A stretch of 64,000 bases of DNA from a bacterium. Its GTDB lineage: Bacteria > Electryoneota > Electryoneia > Electryoneales > Electryoneaceae. Numbering within the stretch: the stretch's first letter is position 1; each line of letters starts with the position of its first letter. Where the stretch lies: NCBI GenBank assembly GCA_963669175.1, contig OY769902.1:2752001-2816000 (forward strand), read 5' to 3'. A program made the translations under genes and the position numbers. The notes below the pieces were generated by a model, which did no database searches, was not told where the DNA came from, and saw only the letters and a list, made by a program, of their open reading frames with translations. This document shows, piece by piece, positions 47,750 through 57,603 of the stretch.

Positions 47750-47768
47750 AAAAGACTGACAGGTAGAC

Positions 47769-48476
47769 ATGGCACGAAAGGCAAAACAGGAAGAATGTCC
47801 GGCCGGCGCTCCGGCATGGATGGTGACTTACGGGGATATGATGACCCTGTTGCTCACGTTCTTCGTGCTGATTGTGTCCATGTCGTCTATTGAACAGGTA
47901 AAATTTAAAGCGGCTATCAGCAGTATCCAGGATGGTATGGGAATGTGGCCCAACAGCCAGGGGATGATGCAAAAACTGCAGCTTGATGAGCAAATCAAAC
48001 AGGCGACTGAGACCCAGGAGATGATCGAAGACCTGGTAGAAACGCTTGAACAGTTGGGAATGGAACAGGCAGTTGAGATCTATAACACACCCAATGGGGT
48101 TCGGATGATTATTGCTGACCCCATGTTATTTGAAAGCGGAAGTGCAATCCTGCAGGATCGATTCAAAATTCTTTTAGGTAAAATCGCGGAAATCATTAAT
48201 CGGTTGAAATATGATGAAATTCGAGTCGAAGGGCATACGGACAATGTCCCGATTAATACACCGAAATATCCGAGTAACTGGGAATTAAGCGCTGGAAGAG
48301 CGTTGACTGTAACGCGGTACATGGCGTTTCAAGGTCATGTAAAGCCGGAGAACCTGAGTGCTGTAGGGTACGGTGAATTCCGACCACGAGAATCAAACGA
48401 CACTCCGGCAGGTCGAGCGAAAAACAGGCGCGTTGAGATTTTCCTTGAACGGAAACCCAAGACGGCCGAATTCTGA
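47769..48476 (+). CDS. motB: stator B subunit (MotB/PomB)
   Basis: WMVTYGDMMTLLLTFFVL; OmpA-like EGHTDN, SNWELS, NRRVEI. Confidence 0.95.
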   Translation: MARKAKQEECPAGAPAWMVTYGDMMTLLLTFFVLIVSMSSIEQVKFKAAISSIQDGMGMWPNSQGMMQKLQLDEQIKQATETQEMIEDLVETLEQLGMEQAVEIYNTPNGVRMIIADPMLFESGSAILQDRFKILLGKIAEIINRLKYDEIRVEGHTDNVPINTPKYPSNWELSAGRALTVTRYMAFQGHVKPENLSAVGYGEFRPRESNDTPAGRAKNRRVEIFLERKPKTAEF

Positions 48477-48486
48477 GAGTACGACC

Positions 48487-49014
48487 ATGAACGAGTTTGA
48501 CGATTCTGTAGGTGCAGAGGGGGTGGAGATCCCCGAAGGTGAATCCGGGGAAAGCACCGGGAAAAAGAAAAGTGCCATGCCACCGGCCATGATGGCGATC
48601 ATCGGTGTGATTGTCATTGTTATGGCGGTTGGCTCACATTTCCTGGTCAAGATGCTGTTCTTCTCCAAACCGCCTGCACCAAAAGTCGAGAAGACGACAG
48701 AAGGCCCGGCAGTTGGTGATGTTTACAAGCTGGAAAGCCTGATTGTTAATCCTCGCGATACAGGTGGAAGAAGGCATCTGCTGATTGAGATTGGGTTCGA
48801 AGTCAGTGATCCGGTTGCTATTACTGAACTTGAGACGATTGATCCATTATTGCGAGACAATTTGTTGACATTCTTTTCAGCGCAAAAAACTGAGACTTTA
48901 ACTGATATTCATTTGCGGGATAAAATAAAAGAAAAGGTAAAAGAAATTGCCAATTTCAACCTGACCACTGGTGAAGTAACCAAGGTCTATTTTATCAGGT
49001 ACGTATTCCAGTAA
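48487..49014 (+). CDS. fliL: basal-body associated protein FliL
   Basis: Single TM, LIVNP, LLRDNLL, VTKVYF; position between motB and fliM. Confidence 0.88.
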   Translation: MNEFDDSVGAEGVEIPEGESGESTGKKKSAMPPAMMAIIGVIVIVMAVGSHFLVKMLFFSKPPAPKVEKTTEGPAVGDVYKLESLIVNPRDTGGRRHLLIEIGFEVSDPVAITELETIDPLLRDNLLTFFSAQKTETLTDIHLRDKIKEKVKEIANFNLTTGEVTKVYFIRYVFQ

Positions 49015-49026
49015 ACCGGAGAGAGC

Positions 49027-50019
49027 ATGAACAGAATTCTGTCACAAGACGAGATTGATGCTCTCCTGTCGAGTGTATCGAAAGGGAAGACCTACGATAC
49101 GGTTGAGCAGGATTCCCACAAGAACGTCTCATTGTATGACTTCAAGCATCCGGATCGGATCAGCAAGGAACAGATCCGAACGATGCGAACCATACATGAA
49201 AACTTCGCGCGTCTGTTTGCCACGTTCCTGTCAACCAACTTGCGGGCGCTGGTGGATGTAAACGTCATTTCTATCGATCAGGTAACTTATTCAGAATACA
49301 CGATGTCGCTTTCCATGCCATCCAGCCTTTATTTGCTTGGCATGCCGGAACTGGAAGGCAAAGCAGTTGTCGAAATCAGTCCGCAATTCCTGTTGTTTAT
49401 CGTTGACAGGTTATTGGGCGGGACTGGTGAAACAGAGATTGAAATCAGGGAAATCACCCTGATTGAGCAGAATATCGTCATGCGGATTATCAACAACCTG
49501 ATTGTTACCCTGAACGAAGTCTGGCAACAGATTTACCCGTTGAATGCACGGTATGATTCATTTGAGACCGACCCGCAGTTTGTACAGATTGCACGATCCA
49601 GTGAAACCATTGCGATTATTTTCTTTGAAATCAAGGTACGTGGCGCCGTATTCCCTATGAATATTGGCTTCCCGTATTTCGTGCTAGAACCGATTCTGCA
49701 AAAGCTTTCCAGCCAGACCTTCTTTACCAATGTGAAGAAGGTTGGCGAAGAAGAGCGCAAATTACTTGAGAATCGTATACAGGCAACTCGTCTTGCTGTA
49801 AGAGGGTTATTTGCAGAGACAAGCCTGACAGTTCGTGAATTCCTGCGGTTAAAATCTGGCAACCTGATTCAATTGGACAAAGCGATTGATGATGAAATCA
49901 GGATTGTTGTGGGTAGTGAGTTGAAGTTTTTTGGCGTGCCGGGAAGGCGTGGTCGAAGAGTCGCTGTGCGAGTGACGCGGCCCGTAACTTTCGAGGAACG
50001 TCTGGCATTTGATAAGTGA
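49027..50019 (+). CDS. fliM: motor switch protein FliM
   Basis: ILSQDEIDALL, YDFKHPDRISKEQIR, IHENFAR, VDRLLGG, ETDPQF. Confidence 0.96.
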   Translation: MNRILSQDEIDALLSSVSKGKTYDTVEQDSHKNVSLYDFKHPDRISKEQIRTMRTIHENFARLFATFLSTNLRALVDVNVISIDQVTYSEYTMSLSMPSSLYLLGMPELEGKAVVEISPQFLLFIVDRLLGGTGETEIEIREITLIEQNIVMRIINNLIVTLNEVWQQIYPLNARYDSFETDPQFVQIARSSETIAIIFFEIKVRGAVFPMNIGFPYFVLEPILQKLSSQTFFTNVKKVGEEERKLLENRIQATRLAVRGLFAETSLTVREFLRLKSGNLIQLDKAIDDEIRIVVGSELKFFGVPGRRGRRVAVRVTRPVTFEERLAFDK

Positions 50020-50026
50020 GGCGATC

Positions 50027-50977
50027 ATGGCTGCTAATACCAGACTGGTCAAAGTAGAACAGGCTGTTCTGCCGATCATGCAGGATGTGCTGGGACCGAT
50101 TCTTAATCGTGAAGTCGATTTGACTCTTGCTGGCGTGGAAGAGCCGGAAGCACACATTCTTGAAGCGAATTTTATGGATGTGCCGGTTGTAGTGGAAGCT
50201 CCACTGGAGGGTTCACTACCAGGCACCATTTATTACATATTCAGTAAGAAACTGGCCGCTGCGGTTACTGACCTGATGGTCATGGGAGATGGGTCCGCCG
50301 AGTTTAACGAGCAGGAATCGCTGGACGGCATCTCGGAAGCGACCAACCAGATTGTCGGCGCGCTGGCAACCAACTGGAGCGATGAGCTTGGCTCTGATAT
50401 TCATCCCACTGGAGCAAAGGCAAAGGTTCAGGATTTAGATAGTTTAGCTGTTGACCTGACCCGTGTTTATATGGTAAGCTACCAGTTAAGTATTGATGAG
50501 TGGGGAACTGAAGTTTTTGTAAAGTTGGTGCCGAGGAATATCCTTGAAGGATTGACAGCCCTTGTGGAGGATGATGCGGGTGCAGCGCCTGCATCGGCAG
50601 GAGCTTCACCGTCCGGCGGCATGGGTGGTGGCATGGGAGGTGGCGCGGGCTTAACAGTCCGGAAAGCCGAATTCGGTGAGTTCGACGCCGGTGATATCCC
50701 CGCTGGAATTGAAGCGCCACGTAACCTGGATCTGTTGCTGGATATTTCTCTCCCGGTGACTATCGAGCTGGGACGTACCAGCATGTTGATCCGTGAAATC
50801 CTGGAGCTTGGACCGGGGTCTGTGATTGAATTGCAGAAGCTTTCCGGTGAGCCTGTGGATCTCTTTGTCAATGACAAGAAATTTGCCCTTGGTGAAGTTG
50901 TTGTAATTGATGAGAACTTCGGTGTTCGCATTACAGAGTTGTTAAGTGTAGAGGACAGGATAAAGGCGCTGAAATAG
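50027..50977 (+). CDS. fliN: FliY-like switch protein (CheC-like domain plus FliN/SpoA domain)
   Basis: ISEATNQIVG (ExxN), Gly/Met linker, LDLLLDISLPVTIELGRT, GEVVVIDENFGVRIT. Confidence 0.9.
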   Translation: MAANTRLVKVEQAVLPIMQDVLGPILNREVDLTLAGVEEPEAHILEANFMDVPVVVEAPLEGSLPGTIYYIFSKKLAAAVTDLMVMGDGSAEFNEQESLDGISEATNQIVGALATNWSDELGSDIHPTGAKAKVQDLDSLAVDLTRVYMVSYQLSIDEWGTEVFVKLVPRNILEGLTALVEDDAGAAPASAGASPSGGMGGGMGGGAGLTVRKAEFGEFDAGDIPAGIEAPRNLDLLLDISLPVTIELGRTSMLIREILELGPGSVIELQKLSGEPVDLFVNDKKFALGEVVVIDENFGVRITELLSVEDRIKALK

Positions 50978-50992
50978 CGGTGGGAAAAGCAC

Positions 50993-51412
50993 ATGACTGG
51001 CAAACGGATCTGGTGGCTGATCTTGGGAACCTTTTGGACGGGTTCTGTTTCTCTGGCGCAGGAAACTAACCAGGCCCCGCCATTTTCGGAAAGTATGGGG
51101 GCATCCCTTGCACGTGCCGGGTTTGCCCTGTTTCTTGTTATTGCATTGATTTTTCTGGCTGTATGGTTATTGAAAAGATACTTCCCACAATTTGCCGGCG
51201 CCGGAACCATGCACCCGAAATCGACATCACAATCTGAATTGGATGACAGAATTGAAATTCTGGATGTAAAAGGGATTGCCCCGAAGCGATTCCTTATCCT
51301 GGCAAAAGTGCATGATCGCGAAGTGCTTATCGGTTCAACCGAAGATGGTCTAACTGCGCTGGGCGACTGGAAAGCGGGCGAATCTCCGGAAGATCAGCTT
51401 GAAGAAAACTGA
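50993..51412 (+). CDS. fliO: flagellar biosynthesis protein FliO
   Basis: TM ending WLLKR, IEILDVKGIAPKRFLILAKV..LIG; position after fliN. Confidence 0.8.
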   Translation: MTGKRIWWLILGTFWTGSVSLAQETNQAPPFSESMGASLARAGFALFLVIALIFLAVWLLKRYFPQFAGAGTMHPKSTSQSELDDRIEILDVKGIAPKRFLILAKVHDREVLIGSTEDGLTALGDWKAGESPEDQLEEN

Positions 51413-51572
51413 GTATCACAAACTTCAAAGAAACAGGGATTTCTTTCATATCTGAATTTAGATTGCACGGTAGTAGTTTTTCATTACGTTTGAAGACCCG
51501 TACCTACAGAAAACATTGAACGGGACATGCGGGAGTTGAAGAGGAAATCCTTGATAAAGAGGAACAAACGAC

Positions 51573-53087
51573 ATGCCTGATGCCCCAAACGGAGACATGC
51601 CTTTTCAAGGTGAACAGTGGGATGCGGACAAGGGCGCGGAGTCATCCGAAGAGAATGGCGATTCCGGTATTCTTCGTGATGGCGTACGGTGTACGGTGAC
51701 GTTAAGTGACGACGCAACAGAAGCTTATGCCTTGATCGAAGGTGCAGATGAGGAAGAAGTTGAACTTCATATAATTCTTGATGCACTGGTTAAAGAACAT
51801 GTAAAAGTAGGTATTGATAAACGAGCGATTGCGCAACTGGCATCCAAAAATGGCGCACGTGGTCAATCAACCCTTGTTGCTGTTGGTACAAAACCTGTAC
51901 CCGGACAAGATGCTGAAATTGCCTACCATTTTGATCCCAATCCCAAACCAACGATGGAGCACCTCCCGAACGGGAAAGTTAATTACAAGGAAGCAGGCGT
52001 ATTGCAGGCTGTTGAGGCAGGTGATCTCATTGCGCAGAAGAAACCAGCTACATTGGGTGAGTCAGGGATTACGGTGACCGGTGTTAAAATCTCAGCGCGT
52101 GCCGGTACCGATGTTGTTATCAAAAAGGGTGAAAATACCAAATTCAGAGATGCCCTGCAGACTGAACTTGTTTCAACGATCAGTGGGTGTGTCGGGATTG
52201 GGGAAGGCAACACCATCAAAGTAAGCCCGGTATACATCGTCAATGGAGATGTAGATATGAAAACCGGGAATATCCGTTTTGATGGGGGAGTTACAGTAAA
52301 AGGGGATGTTAAAGCCGGTTTTACTGTTGAAGCTTGCGGTGATGTTGAAATAAAGGGTGTTGTCGAAGATGCCCATGTTCACTGTGGTGGAACGCTGACG
52401 ATACGGGGAGGCTTCATCGGCACCGGTGAAGGTTTGATACAGTGTTGTGGCGATGTACACCTGCTGTTCCTGGAAAACCAGAAGCTTATCGCCGGTGGAG
52501 ACATCTATATCGCAGAAGAGATTATTCACGGAGATGTAACGTCCGGCGGATCCATCTACGTAAAGTTTGGCAAAGGTGCGATTATCGGTGGCGAGATTCA
52601 TGCGCGCAATTCGGTAGAAGCAAAGATTTTTGGCAATATCAATTATCAGTCAACCAAGGTTTATGCGGCTGATAATCCTTATTTGGACAATATGCTTCAA
52701 CAATTGGATGAAGCTGTACTCCATGTTGATGATACAAAAGATATGATTCAACAGGGCATAGCCAAACTGCTTGCGAAAAAGTACAAGGGGGATGCTTTTA
52801 CGGATGAAATGGGTATGCACCTGCAAACTCTGTATGATGTTTCCTATTCTATGGATGCTGACATAAAAAAACTGAATGAAAAACACACTGAAGTCTCCAA
52901 CAAACGAGCGAAACTGACCAAAGACTCCTATGTGAAGATAATCCAGAAGGCCTATCCCAATGTCACCGTCATTATTGATGACGCCAGGAAAAAAATTGAT
53001 GAAGAGATGGAGAGGGTTAAACTGGTGAATCGTGACGCTGCAATTTGCAGGTTTGCTGATACGGGTGAACCGGCGCAACCGTTATAG
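51573..53087 (+). CDS. FapA/DUF342 family protein
   Basis: VAVGTKP..GQDA, GDVDMKTGNIRFDGGVTVKGDV, GAIIGG, AYPNV. Confidence 0.85.
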   Translation: MPDAPNGDMPFQGEQWDADKGAESSEENGDSGILRDGVRCTVTLSDDATEAYALIEGADEEEVELHIILDALVKEHVKVGIDKRAIAQLASKNGARGQSTLVAVGTKPVPGQDAEIAYHFDPNPKPTMEHLPNGKVNYKEAGVLQAVEAGDLIAQKKPATLGESGITVTGVKISARAGTDVVIKKGENTKFRDALQTELVSTISGCVGIGEGNTIKVSPVYIVNGDVDMKTGNIRFDGGVTVKGDVKAGFTVEACGDVEIKGVVEDAHVHCGGTLTIRGGFIGTGEGLIQCCGDVHLLFLENQKLIAGGDIYIAEEIIHGDVTSGGSIYVKFGKGAIIGGEIHARNSVEAKIFGNINYQSTKVYAADNPYLDNMLQQLDEAVLHVDDTKDMIQQGIAKLLAKKYKGDAFTDEMGMHLQTLYDVSYSMDADIKKLNEKHTEVSNKRAKLTKDSYVKIIQKAYPNVTVIIDDARKKIDEEMERVKLVNRDAAICRFADTGEPAQPL

Positions 53088-53110
53088 TCGATCAACTCAG
53101 CAGGCTAAAA

Positions 53111-53923
53111 GTGAACAGCCAAAGTAGACAACATACAGAATCCAAACCCGGGAAAAAGAACGGTTTCCGAATCAAACCGTTGATTGTCCTGGCCGTTGCT
53201 GCTGCGGGTGCGCTGATGTCTGGCGGTATTGCAGTGGCACAGCAACCGGCGTTACCGAAATTCACGATTGGAATGGAACCGGTCAACCAGCCGGCTGATC
53301 TGGCGGTAACGCTACAGGTTATCCTTTTGCTGACTGTCCTTACGCTGGCTCCATCCATCCTGATGATGACGACGAGTTTTGTCAGGATTGTTATTGCGTT
53401 TCACTTCGTCCGACAGGCGTTGGGAGTGCAGGGATTACCCCCGAACCAGGTTATTATCGGCCTATCGCTTTTCATGACGCTTTTCATTATGTCACCCGTA
53501 ATCACTGAAATCTACGACAACGCATGGAAGCCTTATGCAGAACAGAAAATTACCTTGCAGATGGGGTGGGAGAGAGCCCAGGATCCTTTACGTGAGTTCA
53601 TGTTGAAGCATACTCGCGAGAAGGATTTGCAGTTGTTTACTCGCCTGGCAAATGTTCGTCAGCCCGGTACCCAGGAAGAAGTACCGATGCGAATTGTCAT
53701 CCCGGCATTTATCACCAGTGAAATGCGTGTTGGCTTCCAGATCGGGTTCATGATATACATGCCCATGTTGATTATTGATATGGTTGTTGCATCTGTTCTG
53801 ATGTCCATGGGGATGATGATGCTACCCCCTGTGATGTTGAGTCTACCGTTTAAACTATTGATGTTTGTGCTGGTGGATGGTTGGTATCTCGTGGTTCAAT
53901 CCCTGGTGGAGAGTTTCCAGTGA
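53111..53923 (+). CDS. fliP: export apparatus protein FliP
   Basis: LTVLTLAPSILMMTTSFVRI, PPNQV, PAFITSE, GMMMLPP, LPFKL, DGW. Confidence 0.96.
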   Translation: MNSQSRQHTESKPGKKNGFRIKPLIVLAVAAAGALMSGGIAVAQQPALPKFTIGMEPVNQPADLAVTLQVILLLTVLTLAPSILMMTTSFVRIVIAFHFVRQALGVQGLPPNQVIIGLSLFMTLFIMSPVITEIYDNAWKPYAEQKITLQMGWERAQDPLREFMLKHTREKDLQLFTRLANVRQPGTQEEVPMRIVIPAFITSEMRVGFQIGFMIYMPMLIIDMVVASVLMSMGMMMLPPVMLSLPFKLLMFVLVDGWYLVVQSLVESFQ

Positions 53924-54189
53924 CACAGGAATTCGCCATATATATCGTTCGTGAGACCCTGTTTACGGCGTTGATGCTTGCTGCGCCGATGCTGCTGACC
54001 GGGTTGGCCGTGGGTGTGTTTATCAGCTTGATCCAGTCCGCCACCCAGATCCAGGAAATGACACTTACCTTTATCCCGAAAATTCTCTCCGTTGTAATCG
54101 TGATTATTCTTGCCGCCCCCTGGATGATTAACACGATGCTCAAATTTACCCATATGATCTTCGGTCACATCGGTTCCATGGCGCAATAG
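53920..54189 (+). CDS. fliQ: export apparatus protein FliQ
   Basis: QSATQIQEMTLTFIPKI; GTG start overlaps the fliP stop. Confidence 0.95.
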   Translation: MTQEFAIYIVRETLFTALMLAAPMLLTGLAVGVFISLIQSATQIQEMTLTFIPKILSVVIVIILAAPWMINTMLKFTHMIFGHIGSMAQ

Positions 54190-54198
54190 GGGACAACT

Positions 54199-55518
54199 GT
54201 GACCGATTCCTCCGAACAGAAGACACTGGTTCTCGTAATCGATGATGAAGAATGGCTTCGTGATGTGGTGGAAGAAGCCCTGACGCACTTTGGTATGAAG
54301 GTGTTTACTGCCGAAGATGGGGAACAGGGATTACAGATATTCAATGAGCACCCTGAGATTGAAGTTATTGTCACAGACTTGATGATGCCCCGGATGAACG
54401 GGCTTGAATTATTGGGGATCGTAAAAGAGCGAAATCAGCTTGTTGAAGTTATTTTTCTGACAGGGCATGGCAGTATTGACTCGGCCCTGGAAGCGATCAA
54501 AAAAGGCGCGTACGACTATCTTCAGAAACCGGTCAGCATGGAAGAACTGAGCCTGACCGTTGAACGCGCCCTGGAACGCAGAAGACTGTATTATGAGCAG
54601 GAACGTAGCGCTGAACAGCTACGTCTCCTCGTTGAACAATTGGACCGTCGCAATAAAGACCTGGAACGGACACTGTCAGAATTGCATGATACTCAAGTTC
54701 AACTTCTTCAATCAGAGAAAATGAGTTCCCTTGGGCAGTTGGCCGCAGGGGTAGCCCATGAAATCAATAATCCTACTGGTTATGTCCGGTCAAATTTGCA
54801 GACAATGCTTAAATATACGGAGCATTTTAAGCGATCTTATGAGTTTATTAATACTTCAATTAGAGAAGGGAAGACGACAAAGCTTGCGGAAGCTATCAAG
54901 GATAATCTGAAAAAGGAGAAAATTGACAGAATTCTTGATGATCTTGATAATGTGCTTGAGGAATCAATCGAAGGCACGGAAAGAGTTCAGCAAATCGTAA
55001 AAGATCTTGGCCAGTTCAGCAGAATCGATCCGGATATGGAACGAGAGTCTGATATCCTGGCTGGAATCAGATCTACCCTGAATATTGTCAGGGGTAAAGT
55101 TAAAAACGTAGCTTCAATTGTAAAAGAATGTGAACCTGTTCCGAAGGTAAAATGTAACCTTCAACAAATTAATCAGGTCATCATGAATCTTGTTATCAAT
55201 GCATCCCAGGCTATTGAAAATCCACCAGGAAAAATTATAATCAGGACCAGGCAGGAAGAAGATCAGGCAATTATTGAAGTGGAGGATAATGGCAAGGGAA
55301 TTGAAGCAGATGTTCTGGAAAGGATATTTGATCCGTTCTATACAACCAAAGAAGTGGGCGAGGGCACTGGCTTGGGGTTGTCGATCAGTTACCGGATCAT
55401 CAAGAATCACGGCGGGGAGATCGAAGCAGAAAGCACACCTGGAAAGGGGAGTCTTTTCAGGGTAAAACTGCCAATTAATGGCAGAAGCAAAGAAGCGGAG
55501 AAGGAAAACGATGGATGA
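54199..55518 (+). CDS. receiver-histidine kinase hybrid (REC-coiled coil-HisKA-HATPase, no sensor domain)
   Basis: LVIDDE, TDLMMPRMNG, KP; QSEKMSSLGQLAAGVAHEINNP; NLVINA, DNGKG, GEGTGLGL. Confidence 0.93.
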   Translation: MTDSSEQKTLVLVIDDEEWLRDVVEEALTHFGMKVFTAEDGEQGLQIFNEHPEIEVIVTDLMMPRMNGLELLGIVKERNQLVEVIFLTGHGSIDSALEAIKKGAYDYLQKPVSMEELSLTVERALERRRLYYEQERSAEQLRLLVEQLDRRNKDLERTLSELHDTQVQLLQSEKMSSLGQLAAGVAHEINNPTGYVRSNLQTMLKYTEHFKRSYEFINTSIREGKTTKLAEAIKDNLKKEKIDRILDDLDNVLEESIEGTERVQQIVKDLGQFSRIDPDMERESDILAGIRSTLNIVRGKVKNVASIVKECEPVPKVKCNLQQINQVIMNLVINASQAIENPPGKIIIRTRQEEDQAIIEVEDNGKGIEADVLERIFDPFYTTKEVGEGTGLGLSISYRIIKNHGGEIEAESTPGKGSLFRVKLPINGRSKEAEKENDG

Positions 55519-56815
55519 CAGGGACCGGATACTGGTGTTTGTTGATGATGAACCGAACATCCTAAGTGCATTGAAACGTAGTTTTTTTGAAGAAGACTAT
55601 ACGATAAAAACTTTCTCTGAGCCTTCTAAAGCTTTGGAATTTATAAAAAAGAATGATGTTCATCTCATTCTCAGCGATCAACGTATGCCGAAAATGGAAG
55701 GTACAGAATTCCTGACCAAATCGCTGGAAATCTCAGAGAAGCCGATCCGGATGTTGTTAACCGGCTATGCGGATATGGAAGCCGCGGTTGATGCAATCAA
55801 TCTTGCGAAGGTTCATCGTTTTATCTTCAAGCCGTGGAATGATGAAGATATTCGTATTACAGTCAAGCGCGCCCTTGATTTTTACGATCTTGAAGAAGAA
55901 AACAAACAACTGCTTGACGAATTAAAGGTAAAGAATGCAGAGCTGGAGGAATGGAATCTCACGCTGAATGAAAAAGTGAAAGACCGTACCAAGCTGATCG
56001 CAAAAAGGAACCTTGAGCTTGGTAAAATCACCAAGGTCCTGGAGCAGTCGATTGTAAATACAGTTAAAGTATTTCTGAAGTTAATGGAAAATATGGATCC
56101 GTTACTGACGGCCCATTCCAGAAGGATTGCCTACATCGCAACGTCAATTTCACGTGGATTGAGTTTCAATGATCAGCAGTCGTCCGATCTGGAGATTGCC
56201 TCACTCTTGCATGATATTGGAAAACTGGGTTTACCGAAGAATATCCTGGACCGTCCGATAGAGCAATTATCCGAAAAAGACCGGGCGCTGGTAATCAATC
56301 TTCCCGTTGTCGCTCAGAGTTATCTCAATGAAATTGAATGGTTTGACAATGCCGGGAAAATCATCCGGCACATGAATGAACGGTGGGACGGCAGGGGATT
56401 GCCGGACAACCTGGCAGGTAAGGACATTCCACTCGAGAGTCGTCTCCTGTCAGTCTGCAACCAGTACGATGAACTCGCCACCAAAAGCGGTCGCAGTGAA
56501 GCGTTTGTCCTGAAATACTTTAAGACCAATGCAGGCACCAAGTTTGACCCGGAAATGTGTGAAGCCTTGATGGGCTTTTTGCAGAGCCAGACGCAGACCA
56601 AGCATTCCATGCGCCGCCAGGTAGATGTCCTTTCTTCAGAACTGAAGCCGGGAATGGTACTGGTCAATGATCTGTTTACCGAAAACGGAATCTTCCTGCT
56701 TCCCAAGGGCCAGACGCTAGGCGACAAGAATATCACTTCCATCCGCGAGATCCATAAGGTTGATCCAATCCCGAACACAATTCGCGTGGTTATTCCAAGC
56801 GAAGTGGAGGGGTAG
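55511..56815 (+). CDS. response regulator with degenerate HD-GYP domain
   Basis: FVDDE, SDQRMP, KPW; AHSRR, LHDIGK, HMNERWDGRGLP, IPLESR. Confidence 0.88.
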   Translation: MDDRDRILVFVDDEPNILSALKRSFFEEDYTIKTFSEPSKALEFIKKNDVHLILSDQRMPKMEGTEFLTKSLEISEKPIRMLLTGYADMEAAVDAINLAKVHRFIFKPWNDEDIRITVKRALDFYDLEEENKQLLDELKVKNAELEEWNLTLNEKVKDRTKLIAKRNLELGKITKVLEQSIVNTVKVFLKLMENMDPLLTAHSRRIAYIATSISRGLSFNDQQSSDLEIASLLHDIGKLGLPKNILDRPIEQLSEKDRALVINLPVVAQSYLNEIEWFDNAGKIIRHMNERWDGRGLPDNLAGKDIPLESRLLSVCNQYDELATKSGRSEAFVLKYFKTNAGTKFDPEMCEALMGFLQSQTQTKHSMRRQVDVLSSELKPGMVLVNDLFTENGIFLLPKGQTLGDKNITSIREIHKVDPIPNTIRVVIPSEVEG

Positions 56816-57597
56816 TGGACGTACTGCAGTACAACCTGGATGAAATTGAACGATGGTTGCTGATGCTGTTCCGCATCAGCGCCATGTTTATGGCATTTCC
56901 TTTCTTCGGGCTTATGGCCTTCCCTAACCAGATTAAAGTCGCCCTGGCTGTTATGGTTACGGTCATTCTCTTTCCGCTTCATCCTGAAGTTGAAATGATG
57001 TACATCCCCGGTGTAATCGCCTTTTTCGGCTATGTCTTGAAAGAAATCCTTGTTGGTATCGCAGCGGCAATGGTCGGGCAATTCCTGTTTTACGGGGTTC
57101 AATTTGCGGGTTTTATCGTAGGACGCCAGGTAGGATTCGGGATTATCAATACCGTGGATCCCCTGATTGATATTCAAATGCCTATTATCTCACAGATATG
57201 GAACATGCTCGCCATTATGTTGTTCATCATTATCGGAGGGCATCATTTTCTCCTGATGGCGATAGATGAGTGTTTTCTCCGAATCCCGGTTGGCGGCGGC
57301 ACATTTTCCCCCTTCATGGTGGAAGGGTTTGCCCGATTGAGCGCAGATATTTTCATTATAGGGGTGAAATTATGCGCTCCCGTCTTTGTTGCGGTTCTGG
57401 TCACGGAATTTGCGTTGGGTATCCTCGCAAGGACAGTTCCCCAGATGAATGTCTGGCTGGTTGGCTTTCCATTGAAGATAGGAATCGGTGTTTTCACGAT
57501 GGGATTATCGCTTCCTTACTTCGTTTATGTTTTTGGTAAGCTGTACGCCGGTTGGCAGGGGGATCTGATAGATTTTATCCGGACTATGACAGGATGA
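56815..57597 (+). CDS. fliR: export apparatus protein FliR
   Basis: Hydrophobic; KEILVG, QVGFG, GGHH, LARTVPQMNV, FPLKI. Confidence 0.93.
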   Translation: MDVLQYNLDEIERWLLMLFRISAMFMAFPFFGLMAFPNQIKVALAVMVTVILFPLHPEVEMMYIPGVIAFFGYVLKEILVGIAAAMVGQFLFYGVQFAGFIVGRQVGFGIINTVDPLIDIQMPIISQIWNMLAIMLFIIIGGHHFLLMAIDECFLRIPVGGGTFSPFMVEGFARLSADIFIIGVKLCAPVFVAVLVTEFALGILARTVPQMNVWLVGFPLKIGIGVFTMGLSLPYFVYVFGKLYAGWQGDLIDFIRTMTG

Positions 57598-57603
57598 GGC
57601 GGG

